Assembly: GCA_963787835.1 (NCBI GenBank)
Contig: CAWBEI010000002.1
Location: 224,001-288,000, forward strand
Direction of reading: 5' to 3'
DNA length: 64,000 nt
Source: Ignavibacteriota bacterium
GTDB lineage: Bacteria > Bacteroidota > Ignavibacteria > Palsa-1295
Position 1 is the first letter of the stretch. Each line of letters opens with the position of its first letter. The notes under the pieces are model-generated. The model had not been told where the DNA came from. It made no database searches and saw only the letters and a list, made by a program, of their open reading frames with translations. Positions 10,429 through 20,614 of this stretch are shown here, piece after piece. The position numbers and the translations under genes were made by a program.

Positions 10429-12732
10429 ATGAAATTTCGGATACTAAATTTTCGCCACACTGGCCTTGTCATTGTTTTTTTTATATTTTTCCCTGGATTG
10501 GCACTGGCGGGCTCGATCCATGGTGTAATTAAGAGCGGGGATGAAACGATCACGGGGGCAAGCGTTCGGCTTCTTGAACTCGACCGCAGCACCATTTCCG
10601 GCGCTCACGGGGAATATACTTTCGAGCGTGTTCCGGCTGGTACCTATCATATTTTTGTACACGCGGTCGGATACGCCTCGAAAACAAGCATGGTCCAGGT
10701 AACAGATGGTTCAGCGGAGCTTTCGTTCTCGCTCACCCCTTCTGCGCTTCCCGGTGAAGAGGTCGTTGTTTCGGCATCTCCTTATGCACGCACCGAAAGC
10801 GAACAGTATCAGCCGGTTGCGACGAAGGATGCCAATGAGTTGCATGAAAGTCCTGGCTCGACTTTTTCGGAGGAGATTGACGATATACCCGGAGTTGCAA
10901 TGCGATATAATGCTGCTGCGCCATCGCGGCCTATTGTACGTGGTCTTGGCGATAACGAAGATCTGATTTTAGAAAACGGGTTGAGAATCGGCGATCTTTC
11001 AACATTCGATCCCGCACATGCCACACCAATAGAGATGGGAGAAGTACAGGAGGTAGATATTGTGCGCGGCCCAGCAAGCATTCTTTATGGTTCCAATTCT
11101 ATTGGCGGCCTTGTAAACGTAATTACCAATACGATCCCAATGGCATCGAGCCAAACGGTCAGCGGAAATGCGACCGTCACAGGAAATTCGGTTAATGATC
11201 TCTATTCCGCACATTTCAATACTGTTTGGAGCGACGGCTCATCAGCGCTCCAAATTTCAGCCGGAGATCTTCATTCCGGTAGTATTGCAATTCCCTCCGG
11301 AACCTATACAGACCCCACCACGAGTCAAACATATAATCTCACTGCGATGCCTCAGTCATTCATGCGAACCAGCGATGAAGGCATTGGCTACTCCTATCAG
11401 GGAGATTTTGGAATGATCGGAGTTGGAGTAAAACATTATTATTCCAATTATGGGATTACCGGTGATCCCTGGGATACAATGTATATGAATCCGACGACAT
11501 CTCGCATTGTGCAGGAAAAATATACCGCAGAGTTGCGTGCGCAGTTCAATGTCGGAGGATCATTTGTCAATCAGATCCGACTCAACTCAAGTGCCAGCGA
11601 TTATGTGCATTCGGAATTCCCAACTATTCCCGATTCCGCCGGCACATCGCCGATCGAATTCGAGCAGAATAACTTTCACCAAAACAATTATAATACAACG
11701 CTCCAATTCCTTCTTCAACCCATGGGAAATTGGCAGGGAACGCTCGGGTTGTGGAGTGACATTGAAAACCTTACTCTGGGCGGCTTGCAGCCTCTTGGTC
11801 CCAATTCGCTTACGACTGGGCTTGCTGGCTATGTATTGGAAGAATATCGAGCTGGGGATAATACCAAAGTTCAAGGAGCCGTCCGATACGATTACAATAA
11901 TATTTCAACATTTGGATCGCCCTATTCTACCGTGCCGGTGTTTGTAAACTTCAATGAAACACGAACCGCCAACGCTGTGACCGGCTCACTCGGAATTATT
12001 CAGAACATAACATCTCAAATTACCGGCTCACTCAACGTCGGTCGTTCATTCCGAGCCCCTACCATGCAGGAATTGTTTTCGCTTGGCCCTGACGATGCGA
12101 GTCAGGCTTCGCTTGTTGGCGATTCGAACCTGGTTCCTGAGACTTCGCTCGGAATTGATATGACGCTAACGGGCAGGTTCTCGGACTTTACGTTTTCGGT
12201 CTCGCCGTTCATAAATTTTATCCATAATTACATTTATAGCTATACAAATGGAGTAACGGACACGATCGACCAGCCGAATTACCTTTACCGATTCTTCGCG
12301 CAGACGGATGCCCGGCTCTATGGTGGAGAAGTGAGTGCAACCGCTCAACTTATGGATCATCTCGCACTTACCGTAAGCGGGGATTATGTAAATGCTGAGG
12401 ATGTAAACAGAGATACTGCACTTCCTTCGACTCCACCACTCCGCGGACTTTTGAGATTAAATTATCTCGATAATATGTATTCCGGTTTGATCGAGTGGCG
12501 TTTGGTTGCTGCTCAAAACCGGCTTGGGGATGGCGATTTTTATACTGCAGGATATGGTATCCTTAATCTGGGCTTTGGGGTTCGTTTCCACTCTGGAGAC
12601 GCCGTACATAATATCAGCGTCCATTGTGACAATCTCTTCAATAAAGTATATTACGATAATCTCTCGGCAATCGGGTTTTTCCTTCCTCAACCTGCTCGCG
12701 GATTCCGGCTTGTGTATGATGTGACGTTCTGA
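10429..12732 (+). CDS. TonB-dependent outer-membrane receptor (ZnuD-like plug)
   Basis: Signal peptide, carboxypeptidase-regulatory-like N-domain, plug SRPIVRG...DPAHATP...VRGPASILYGSNSIGGLVNVIT, FRAPTMQELF, C-terminal Phe. Confidence 0.92.
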   Translation: MKFRILNFRHTGLVIVFFIFFPGLALAGSIHGVIKSGDETITGASVRLLELDRSTISGAHGEYTFERVPAGTYHIFVHAVGYASKTSMVQVTDGSAELSFSLTPSALPGEEVVVSASPYARTESEQYQPVATKDANELHESPGSTFSEEIDDIPGVAMRYNAAAPSRPIVRGLGDNEDLILENGLRIGDLSTFDPAHATPIEMGEVQEVDIVRGPASILYGSNSIGGLVNVITNTIPMASSQTVSGNATVTGNSVNDLYSAHFNTVWSDGSSALQISAGDLHSGSIAIPSGTYTDPTTSQTYNLTAMPQSFMRTSDEGIGYSYQGDFGMIGVGVKHYYSNYGITGDPWDTMYMNPTTSRIVQEKYTAELRAQFNVGGSFVNQIRLNSSASDYVHSEFPTIPDSAGTSPIEFEQNNFHQNNYNTTLQFLLQPMGNWQGTLGLWSDIENLTLGGLQPLGPNSLTTGLAGYVLEEYRAGDNTKVQGAVRYDYNNISTFGSPYSTVPVFVNFNETRTANAVTGSLGIIQNITSQITGSLNVGRSFRAPTMQELFSLGPDDASQASLVGDSNLVPETSLGIDMTLTGRFSDFTFSVSPFINFIHNYIYSYTNGVTDTIDQPNYLYRFFAQTDARLYGGEVSATAQLMDHLALTVSGDYVNAEDVNRDTALPSTPPLRGLLRLNYLDNMYSGLIEWRLVAAQNRLGDGDFYTAGYGILNLGFGVRFHSGDAVHNISVHCDNLFNKVYYDNLSAIGFFLPQPARGFRLVYDVTF

Positions 12733-12779
12733 TCGTCTTAATTCTTGTATCGCAGTTCATTTCCCAATTCAACTTAAAT

Positions 12780-15212
12780 ATGATGAAAACTCTTTTTTTC
12801 TTTTTTCTTTTAATTCCTTCAATAACGGTTGCGCAAGTTCACTATTCCGGTTCGATTGTCGATAAACAATCGCGCGAACCCGTTGGCGGGGCTAATGTAC
12901 TCGTCAGTGGCAAGCGTGTTGCGATAAGCGATAGCACTGGCACGTTCGCATTCACCTCTACCAATGCGGTGCGGTTGATTTCCATCGTGCGTCTCGGATA
13001 TGCAAACGCTTCTATTGAAATTCCAGCCGATGCTAATACCGTGACCGTTGAACTCGAACAGCAATCGCCTTCGAAAGAAGTATTGGTGCAAGGAGCAACC
13101 AATCCAGCGGCACAGGCGCGCCCCGATGCTGCCATTTCGGTTCTCACGCCCCTTGAGCTGACTCGGAGCTCGGGGCTTTCACTACAGGATGCAGTCAATC
13201 TTATTCCGGGAGTCAATTTGGAAGCACGCACACCGTTCGGAGGACAGAAGTTTACCATTCGTGGTATCGGGGGTAACACGGGAACCGGCATTTCCAGCGA
13301 TTTCAGCCCAACAGGCTATAAAGTTTATCTCGATGGTGTGCCGATCACGGACGCGACAGGTCTGACACTCATGGACGACGTCGATAATGCAAATCTGGGC
13401 GGCGTTTCGATCATCAAAGGACCGGCCTCCACACTTTACGGGAACGGAATCGGCGGCGTTGTCCAGCTATACACTCTTCAGCCCACGCCCAGACAAGAGG
13501 ATGTATCGGAAGATTATCTTGCTGGTAGTCATGGCCTCATGCGCTGGGATAATCGGATCGAAGATGGAACCGACAATAACGCGCTCTTGATGAATTATGG
13601 CAAACAGCATGATGATGGCCCGCGTATGCATAGCGCATCGGATAAAAATTATGTCTCATTTACAGACAAATATAGCGCAAACCCGAAGCAGACCATTTCC
13701 GTGTTCGGAAACTATAGCGATTCCTACGAACAATACGGCGGTGAAGAACCGGACTCCATGTTTATAAACCGCCTCAATTGGGACGATCCAAATTACGTTC
13801 AAGCCGACGCGCATGAAAAAATTGAAAGCTTCCGCGGTGGCGCGACCGATAATTACCAGTTTAACAACGATTTTGGCAATACCTCGTCGCTCTTCTTCGA
13901 TGGCTATTCGCTGAACTCCGCCAACGGAGCGCATCGTGGTAATCCCGTCGCAGATTCGCTGAAAACTCCGCCTACACAATCAACCTCGGACAATAACGTG
14001 TTTACATTTGGAGGGCGGTCTGTCTTTAATTATCAATATAGCAATAGTTCTATTACCCTCAACGGCGTGGGCGGCGTCGAATTCGATAAAACCGACGAGT
14101 TCACCAAGAGCTATGCTTATACAGGTGGCATATTGGGCGCAATCTCATCGGACCTGCAGATCGATGCGATCCGAACCTCACCCTTTACACAATGGGTACT
14201 TACACTTCCCAATCAGTGGTTCGTCACGGCCGGAGTGAGTGTCAATTATACTCAGTTCAATGTTCAGGACATGCACAATCCACCAGATACGTCCAAGACA
14301 GTATCTAATAATAAAAATGCATCGGTCTTCAAGGTATTCACACCAGTTCCGATGCCACATTTCGATCTTGCAAAGCAATTGAACGATAATACAACCGTGT
14401 ATGCCGATTTCAGCGAGGGATATACCCCCCCGACTACGTCCACGGTCGTAATTCCGGCACTCAACGAGGTCAATTCGGGACTTCAACCCGAAAAAGGAAC
14501 ACAATATGAACTTGGCATCAAAGGGACAGCGCTCGATAATCGCTTAAGCTACCAGGCGGACATTTTCGATCTTACCCTTACCAATGCGTTCGAAACAGAG
14601 GCGGATTCGGGAACGACCATTACGGTCAATTCCCCGGCTGAACAGGACAATAAAGGCCTGGAAGCTGCTATCGGATATGCGGTCGTTGATGATCCATCTC
14701 AGACAATATCTTTTATTCGCCCGTGGGCCAACATCGCTTATTCCAGTTTTACGTATAAGAATCTAAAGGCAACGAATAATGCTTCCGACACTGCGGCCGC
14801 CGATAATTACAATGGAAATTCGGTCGAAGGTGTTCCACAAAAGGTCATAAATGCGGGGGTCGATCTTAATACGAAATTCGGGCTTTATTTCAATGCAACG
14901 TGGAATTACAATGATAAAATGGCGATGAACTACCAGAACACGGTGTATGCACCGGCCTATTACCTGATCAATATGAAAATCGGTTATAAGACGATCATTG
15001 ACGATGTCATTTCCGTGAATGTTTATGTGGGAGCGAATAATCTCACGAACGAATTGTATTATTCGGAGGCAATTCTGAATCCTATGCCTTATGTGGATCT
15101 GCAAGGCCACGGTGTGCCCGGCGCAACTACACCTCAGACCCAGGACGCGCTCTTCATTCCGGGATATGCGACAACATGGTATGGGGGAGCAACGATAAAA
15201 TGGCTGTTTTAG
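12780..15212 (+). CDS. TonB-dependent outer-membrane receptor
   Basis: Signal peptide (AQ), N-domain, plug IKGPASTLYGNGIGGVV, LQPEKGTQYELGIKG, NNLTN, C-terminal WLF. Confidence 0.92.
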   Translation: MMKTLFFFFLLIPSITVAQVHYSGSIVDKQSREPVGGANVLVSGKRVAISDSTGTFAFTSTNAVRLISIVRLGYANASIEIPADANTVTVELEQQSPSKEVLVQGATNPAAQARPDAAISVLTPLELTRSSGLSLQDAVNLIPGVNLEARTPFGGQKFTIRGIGGNTGTGISSDFSPTGYKVYLDGVPITDATGLTLMDDVDNANLGGVSIIKGPASTLYGNGIGGVVQLYTLQPTPRQEDVSEDYLAGSHGLMRWDNRIEDGTDNNALLMNYGKQHDDGPRMHSASDKNYVSFTDKYSANPKQTISVFGNYSDSYEQYGGEEPDSMFINRLNWDDPNYVQADAHEKIESFRGGATDNYQFNNDFGNTSSLFFDGYSLNSANGAHRGNPVADSLKTPPTQSTSDNNVFTFGGRSVFNYQYSNSSITLNGVGGVEFDKTDEFTKSYAYTGGILGAISSDLQIDAIRTSPFTQWVLTLPNQWFVTAGVSVNYTQFNVQDMHNPPDTSKTVSNNKNASVFKVFTPVPMPHFDLAKQLNDNTTVYADFSEGYTPPTTSTVVIPALNEVNSGLQPEKGTQYELGIKGTALDNRLSYQADIFDLTLTNAFETEADSGTTITVNSPAEQDNKGLEAAIGYAVVDDPSQTISFIRPWANIAYSSFTYKNLKATNNASDTAAADNYNGNSVEGVPQKVINAGVDLNTKFGLYFNATWNYNDKMAMNYQNTVYAPAYYLINMKIGYKTIIDDVISVNVYVGANNLTNELYYSEAILNPMPYVDLQGHGVPGATTPQTQDALFIPGYATTWYGGATIKWLF

Positions 15213-15220
15213 TAAAGAAA

Positions 15221-16147
15221 ATGAGCGACTCAGGGAGCGGGAAAGCGCGGGCATTGCTCGCGTTTTCCCTTGCTTCTTTACTAAGCGCATTAGTATTATT
15301 AAATTCCTGCGGGAAATCGAATGCTCCGCCCGCAACGCTGGCTGAACAGATGAAGACCGATACGAGCGTGCGTATCGTTTGCGTGTCTAAACAACTCACC
15401 GAAATGATCTTCGCTCTCGGCATGGGCGATAAGGTCGTAGGATGCGATCTCACGAGCAATTATCCACCGGAAGAGACTTCGAAGCTTCCCAAAGTAGGCT
15501 ATCATCGCTTACTTTCGGCGGAGGGAATTATCTCTCTGCACCCGACAATCGTCGTGCATGATAGCAACAACGCCCCCAAAAGCGCGCTCGATCAGGTGAG
15601 GAAGGCTGGAATTCCCGTCGAATATTTCCCTGAAGCGAAGGACCTTGATCAGACCAAACAGGTCTTGCGCGATCTGGGGAAAGCATTTGGAGTCGAGCAC
15701 CGCGCCGATTCGCTCTGCCATTATCTCGATTCGACAATGGCGCTCGCGCTTTCGATCCATCACGAAACGCATCCCAAAGTAGTGGTTATTCATTTTGGTA
15801 TGGTGGGAATGAGCTATCTTGTCATTACCAAAAGAAATCTCGCGAGTAAGATGATCGAGTGGGCAGGGGGACTCAATCCAATCGATCCCGGACGTGGCAT
15901 GGCTCAGTTAAGCCCTGAACTGATCGCGGAAGCACAGCCCGACATTATTTTAGTGACTGATTATGGATTCGATCATGCCGGAGGAATCGAGGGCGTTAAA
16001 AAACTTCCTGGCGTCGCGCTTACTCCGGCTGCGAAAAATAACCGTATTTACCGAATAGCGGAGCACGATATTGTCTATTTCGGCCCGCGTACGGGTGATA
16101 ATGTGATGAAATTTGAGAAGTTGTTGTACCCGGACGTAAACCCTTAG
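15221..16147 (+). CDS. hmuT: Heme/hemin ABC transporter substrate-binding lipoprotein (HmuT/ShuT-like)
   Basis: Lipobox LNSC; VGYHRLLSAEGIISLHP carries the heme-ligand Tyr motif; TPAAKNNRI; FGPRT. Confidence 0.8.
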   Translation: MSDSGSGKARALLAFSLASLLSALVLLNSCGKSNAPPATLAEQMKTDTSVRIVCVSKQLTEMIFALGMGDKVVGCDLTSNYPPEETSKLPKVGYHRLLSAEGIISLHPTIVVHDSNNAPKSALDQVRKAGIPVEYFPEAKDLDQTKQVLRDLGKAFGVEHRADSLCHYLDSTMALALSIHHETHPKVVVIHFGMVGMSYLVITKRNLASKMIEWAGGLNPIDPGRGMAQLSPELIAEAQPDIILVTDYGFDHAGGIEGVKKLPGVALTPAAKNNRIYRIAEHDIVYFGPRTGDNVMKFEKLLYPDVNP

Positions 16148-16171
16148 CCCTAATGTGAGCGTTCTGAGGAA

Positions 16172-17239
16172 GTGCCAATAGTTCGTCAATCCTTCGGTTC
16201 GTTGTATGCAGCGCTTGCCGTACTTCTTGTGGTAGCGATTTTTTTTGCGCTGAGTGTAGGCGCGGTGCCTATTTCAATTTCGCAGATAGGAACCTATTTT
16301 TTCCACGCCATCGGCAGTGCGACCGGGGAGCGTCCCTCACTTGAAGAAGCAGTTTTTTTGCAGATTCGGCTCCCTCGCGTACTGCTTTCGGCGCTGGTTG
16401 GTGCGTCGCTTTCTGTTTCAGGTGCGTTGATGCAGGCGCTCTTTCGTAATCCAATTGTCGAGCCAGGACTGGTTGGAACCTCCGCAGGCGCGGCATTCGG
16501 GGCGGCGATCGTCTTTGTGCTGGGGAAAAACATCACCTTTCTTTCGAATACATTTCTCGAGCCATTTTTGCTTCCCATCTTTGCATTTCTCGGCGGGCTC
16601 CTTGCCACGATCATCGTTTACCGTGTTTCGACTTTTACAGGGAAAGTTACTGTAGCAACGATGCTCCTCGCCGGCATCGCGATCAATGGCATGTTCGGCA
16701 GCAGCACCGGATTCCTTTCTTACATCGCACACGATCCGCAGGCGCGCTCAATCACCTTCTGGATGCTCGGTGGTTTCGGCGGCGTCGATTGGAATGCGGT
16801 GGAACTTGTAGCGGTGACGACTATTCTTGGAACACTCATCGCGATACGAAACAGCAAAGGACTGAACGCGCTGCTGCTCGGCGAAGCCGAGGCAGGACAC
16901 TTGGGAATGAACCCAAAACGCTTACAGCGTAATATTCTTCTCTTGAACACCGTCATGGTCGCCACGGCAACTTCAATGGTAGGCGTCATCGCCTTTGTGG
17001 GACTAATTGTACCGCATATACTGCGTATTGTTCGAGGGTCGGACACACGCTACCTCCTCACTGGCTCAGCGTTGCTGGGTGCCGCGCTATTGGTTATGGC
17101 CGATGCAGTTTCGCGGATAGTCATTGCGCCAGGTGAATTACCAGTAGGAGTAATTACTTCCTTTGTTGGCGCGCCAGTATTCTTATGGATACTCGTTCGC
17201 CATCGAAGCATCGATCCCGTTGGAGGATTTTATGCTTGA
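16172..17239 (+). CDS. hmuU: Heme/FecCD-family ABC permease
   Basis: IRLPRV, QALFRNPIVEPGLVG, LLGEAEAGHLG, IAFVGLIVPH, ELPVGVIT. Confidence 0.88.
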   Translation: MPIVRQSFGSLYAALAVLLVVAIFFALSVGAVPISISQIGTYFFHAIGSATGERPSLEEAVFLQIRLPRVLLSALVGASLSVSGALMQALFRNPIVEPGLVGTSAGAAFGAAIVFVLGKNITFLSNTFLEPFLLPIFAFLGGLLATIIVYRVSTFTGKVTVATMLLAGIAINGMFGSSTGFLSYIAHDPQARSITFWMLGGFGGVDWNAVELVAVTTILGTLIAIRNSKGLNALLLGEAEAGHLGMNPKRLQRNILLLNTVMVATATSMVGVIAFVGLIVPHILRIVRGSDTRYLLTGSALLGAALLVMADAVSRIVIAPGELPVGVITSFVGAPVFLWILVRHRSIDPVGGFYA

Positions 17240-18011
17240 GGTTCGCGATATTTCATATCATATTGGCGAGGCACGAATTCTTCGTGGCATTTCTGCGCGG
17301 TTCGAGCCGGGCACACTTTCGGTTATTGTAGGCCCTAATGGTTCCGGAAAATCGACGTTGCTTCGCGCCATGAGCGGCGAAAACATTCCGAGTTCGGGCG
17401 CAGTGTTCTATGGCACGACATCCCTCCCAACGATTCGGCCTCAGGACCGGGCAAGGATGCGCGCGGTGTTATCGCAACGTACCGAGTTAACATTTCCTCT
17501 CACCGTCACGGAAATTGTGATGATGGGTCGTTATCCTCATTTTCTTGTGAAGCCCTCGAATAAAGATTATGAGATCGTTGAAGCCGCGCTCGAACGAATG
17601 GGCATACTCGAATTTGGTGCTCGAAATTATCTGACACTCTCCGGCGGTGAGCAGCAAATCGTACAGTTCGCTAGAATTCTTGCTCAAATTTGGGACGCTC
17701 GTGATGGTGAAACAAAATATCTTCTGCTCGATGAACCTACCACTTTCCTCGATCTCAAACATCAGCATCAATTCTTGCATATCGCCCAAGAACTGGCATT
17801 TGAGGGTGCCGTGGTCATTGCTGTGATTCATGATATAAATCTTGCGGCGCAATATGCCGGTTTTATTTTGGCGATTGAATCCGGAAAGGTGCTTGCCAGC
17901 GGTACACCCAACAGAGTTATTCAGTCTGAGATCATTGATGCCCTCTATCACATCGAGAGTACGATCCTACATCCGGACGGAATGAACTTCCCCATTGTGT
18001 GCGCCTCATGA
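17232..18011 (+). CDS. hmuV: Heme ABC transporter ATP-binding protein
   Basis: GPNGSGKST, LSGGEQQ, ARILAQ, LLLDEPT, VIHDINLA. ATG at 17232 follows GGAGG. Confidence 0.88.
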   Translation: MLEVRDISYHIGEARILRGISARFEPGTLSVIVGPNGSGKSTLLRAMSGENIPSSGAVFYGTTSLPTIRPQDRARMRAVLSQRTELTFPLTVTEIVMMGRYPHFLVKPSNKDYEIVEAALERMGILEFGARNYLTLSGGEQQIVQFARILAQIWDARDGETKYLLLDEPTTFLDLKHQHQFLHIAQELAFEGAVVIAVIHDINLAAQYAGFILAIESGKVLASGTPNRVIQSEIIDALYHIESTILHPDGMNFPIVCAS

Positions 18012-18025
18012 CAGGCCAGACCCTG

Positions 18026-18033
18026 TAATTTTG
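18026..18033 (+). promoter_or_regulatory. TAnnTTTG -7 box upstream of proline dehydrogenase
   Basis: TAATTTTG lies in the intergenic gap. Confidence 0.4.
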
Positions 18034-18051
18034 AATCATGATTTTTGTTAT

Positions 18052-18076
18052 GTCCCCAACTAAAGTTGGGGACTAC
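18052..18076 (-). repeat. GTAG-type REP-like palindrome
   Basis: Perfect 10-bp inverted repeat gtccccaact-aa-agttggggac; the minus strand reads GTAG-TCCCCAAC-TTTA-GTTGGGGA. Confidence 0.6.
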
Positions 18077-18093
18077 ACGGTTTGTCATGCGGC

Positions 18094-19014
18094 ATGAATG
18101 TTTTTAACCAAGCCGTTACCTGGCTCCTCCCCGTAATTCCAAAACCGATCGTCCGAAAAGTAAGCGAGCGATATATCGCCGGCTCAACCTTAGACGATGC
18201 CATCCGCACACTTCGCGACTTGAATGCCAGAGGTGCAATGGCAACGGTCGATGTGCTTGGCGAATTCATTAAAAATCTCGAAGAAGCAAAAAGAAATACG
18301 CGCTATTGCTGCGAGGTCATTCGCCGTATTCACCGTGACGGACTTCAGGGAAATCTCTCCATAAAGCTTACTTCCCTCGGTCTCGCGATCGATCCATCTG
18401 CATGTGAAACGAATGTGCGCGAAATTCTCGTGACTGCGCGCGAGAATGGCATTATGTTCGTACGGATGGATATGGAAAATTCCCCCTATACCACGAAGAC
18501 TATTGAACTCTATCGCAAGCTCAGAACAGAGTTTACGAATGTTGGAGTAGTCTTGCAAGCATATCTCCGGCGAACACCAGTCGATGTTGATTCGCTACTT
18601 GCCGAGGGTACGGCTAATGACGTGAAAACAAATGTCCGGCTCTGCAAAGGAATTTATGTTGAATCGGAATCGATCGCGTTTCAGGATAGAAAAGGAATTC
18701 AGGATAATTATCTCACCTGCCTCGAAAAACTGTTTGCTGCTCGTGCGTATGTCGGTATTGCCACGCATGATGATGTCCTGATTAATGGCGCCAAACAGCT
18801 CATTAAGAAATACGGGCTTGGAAAAGAAGAATTCGAATTCCAGATGTTGCTCGGTGTTCGAGAGAATGTGCGTGATGGTCTGATCCGGGAAGGCTTTCGA
18901 CTTCGGGTTTACGTTCCATTTGGCGAAGACTGGTATGGCTATTCTATTCGCCGATTAAAGGAAAATCCGAAAATGGCTGGATATATTGTGAAAGCTGTTC
19001 TGACGGGGAAATAA
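18094..19014 (+). CDS. Monofunctional proline dehydrogenase
   Basis: RYIAG, DVLGE, SIKLTSLG, RMDME, LQAYLRR, RLCKGIY, ATHD, EFQMLLGVR, RVYVPFG, YSIRRLKENP. Confidence 0.95.
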   Translation: MNVFNQAVTWLLPVIPKPIVRKVSERYIAGSTLDDAIRTLRDLNARGAMATVDVLGEFIKNLEEAKRNTRYCCEVIRRIHRDGLQGNLSIKLTSLGLAIDPSACETNVREILVTARENGIMFVRMDMENSPYTTKTIELYRKLRTEFTNVGVVLQAYLRRTPVDVDSLLAEGTANDVKTNVRLCKGIYVESESIAFQDRKGIQDNYLTCLEKLFAARAYVGIATHDDVLINGAKQLIKKYGLGKEEFEFQMLLGVRENVRDGLIREGFRLRVYVPFGEDWYGYSIRRLKENPKMAGYIVKAVLTGK

Positions 19015-19082
19015 GTTAAAAATCGAGATTCGGCACAATCCCTGACCACAGTCTGTTTAGTAGCTTATAGAATAGCTCTTGA

Positions 19083-20177
19083 ATGATAATTGTCATGCAG
19101 CGCGGCGCAACGGAGCCGCAGATCCAGCAGATCACGAAATACCTCAGCAGCCGCGGCATTCGAGCCGAACGGCTGGATGGACACGAACAGACCTTAATTG
19201 GCATCGTTGGCGGCAGTGGCGGCTACGACATCGCCGCAATGGCTGCGATGTCAGGCGTTCAGGATGTCGTGCGGGTTTCCTCGCCGTATAGGCTTTCGGC
19301 AAGAACAGGCCATCCAGAAGATACCGTCATTACACTTTCCGATGGTACTCGAATTGGCAGTGATGCACCAAGCATTGTTATCGCTGGTCCATGTTCGGTG
19401 GAATCTGAAGATCAGCTTCGCCGAACGGCCGAATGCATTCGAAAAGCCGGAGTCCGCTTCATGCGAGGAGGCGCATTCAAACCACGGACTTCCCCCTACT
19501 CTTTTCAGGGTCTTGGATTCGATGGACTTGAGCTTCTTAAAAAAGTAAGCGAGGAATTCGGTCTCTTTATCGTCTCCGAAGTAATGGAACCAGCGCATGT
19601 GCCGGCGATCGCGGAGTTTACTGATATTGTCCAGGTCGGTTCACGGAACATGCAGAATTATCCTCTACTTCGCCAGATTGGGAACATTCGCAAGCCTGTC
19701 ATGCTCAAACGCGGACCTGCGGCGACCATCGAAGAATGGCTCATGGCGGCGGAATACATTCTTTCTGGCGGGAATGAAAAAGTGATTCTATGCGAGCGCG
19801 GCATTCGCACATTCGAAAGCTCCCTTCGCTTCACTCCGGACATTAGCGCGGTTCCGATCATTAAGAAGCTTTCTCATCTACCGATCATCTTCGATCCATC
19901 TCATGCGACCGGAAAACGGGAATTCGTTGCAAGTATGGCACGAGCCGCTATTGCAGCGGGCGCGGATGGAATTATGGTCGAAGTACATCCCGACCCAGAT
20001 CGCGCGCTCTCCGACGGCGCCCAGAGTCTGACGTTCGAATTATTCGAAGAAATGATGGGAGAATTGGTGCGCGTTGCGGATGCCGTCAACAGGCCTATGC
20101 TTATTGAGCAATATGCAGGCAAAACAAGTGGCACAATTTCCAATCCTGTGAAAAAAGCAGCCGCGCCGAAGGCATAA
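19083..20177 (+). CDS. aroF: DAHP synthase class I-beta with N-terminal regulatory domain
   Basis: IAGPCSVES, RGGAFKPRTSPYSFQG, GSRNMQN, LKRG, LCERGIRTFE, DPSHATG, EVHPDP, SDGAQSL. Confidence 0.95.
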   Translation: MIIVMQRGATEPQIQQITKYLSSRGIRAERLDGHEQTLIGIVGGSGGYDIAAMAAMSGVQDVVRVSSPYRLSARTGHPEDTVITLSDGTRIGSDAPSIVIAGPCSVESEDQLRRTAECIRKAGVRFMRGGAFKPRTSPYSFQGLGFDGLELLKKVSEEFGLFIVSEVMEPAHVPAIAEFTDIVQVGSRNMQNYPLLRQIGNIRKPVMLKRGPAATIEEWLMAAEYILSGGNEKVILCERGIRTFESSLRFTPDISAVPIIKKLSHLPIIFDPSHATGKREFVASMARAAIAAGADGIMVEVHPDPDRALSDGAQSLTFELFEEMMGELVRVADAVNRPMLIEQYAGKTSGTISNPVKKAAAPKA

Positions 20178-20199
20178 AATTTCAGGTTCGTTTTTCATC

Positions 20200-20613
20200 A
20201 TGACGAGTCGCGACATTCTTCGAACATCGAAAACGATCGCTGTCGTCGGTATCAGCGGCCGTCCGAACCGTCCCAGTAACGATGTTGCTCACCAGCTTAT
20301 GCATCGGGGATTTACGATCATTCCTGTCAATCCGAGTTTGCAAACGTGGAACGGCCTTCAGGCGTATCCGAATGTCTCTTCAATTCCAGATGAGATCCAA
20401 ATAGATATTGTCGATATATTTCGCCGAAGTGAAACCACCCCGGATGTTGTCCGCGATGTACTGCTCCGCAATACAAAACCCAGATGCATCTGGCTTCAGC
20501 TTGGAATTGTGAATGAGGAAGCAAAGCTACTCACCGAAGCCGCAGGGATTTTTTACGTCGAAGACCGATGCACTGCTGTCGATGCGGCACTGGCGCAGAT
20601 AAAGATCGGGTGA
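20200..20613 (+). CDS. CoA-binding protein (YccU-like)
   Basis: IAVVGIS, IIPVNP, DIVDIFRRS, WLQLGI, VEDRC. Confidence 0.9.
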   Translation: MTSRDILRTSKTIAVVGISGRPNRPSNDVAHQLMHRGFTIIPVNPSLQTWNGLQAYPNVSSIPDEIQIDIVDIFRRSETTPDVVRDVLLRNTKPRCIWLQLGIVNEEAKLLTEAAGIFYVEDRCTAVDAALAQIKIG

Positions 20614-20614
20614 T

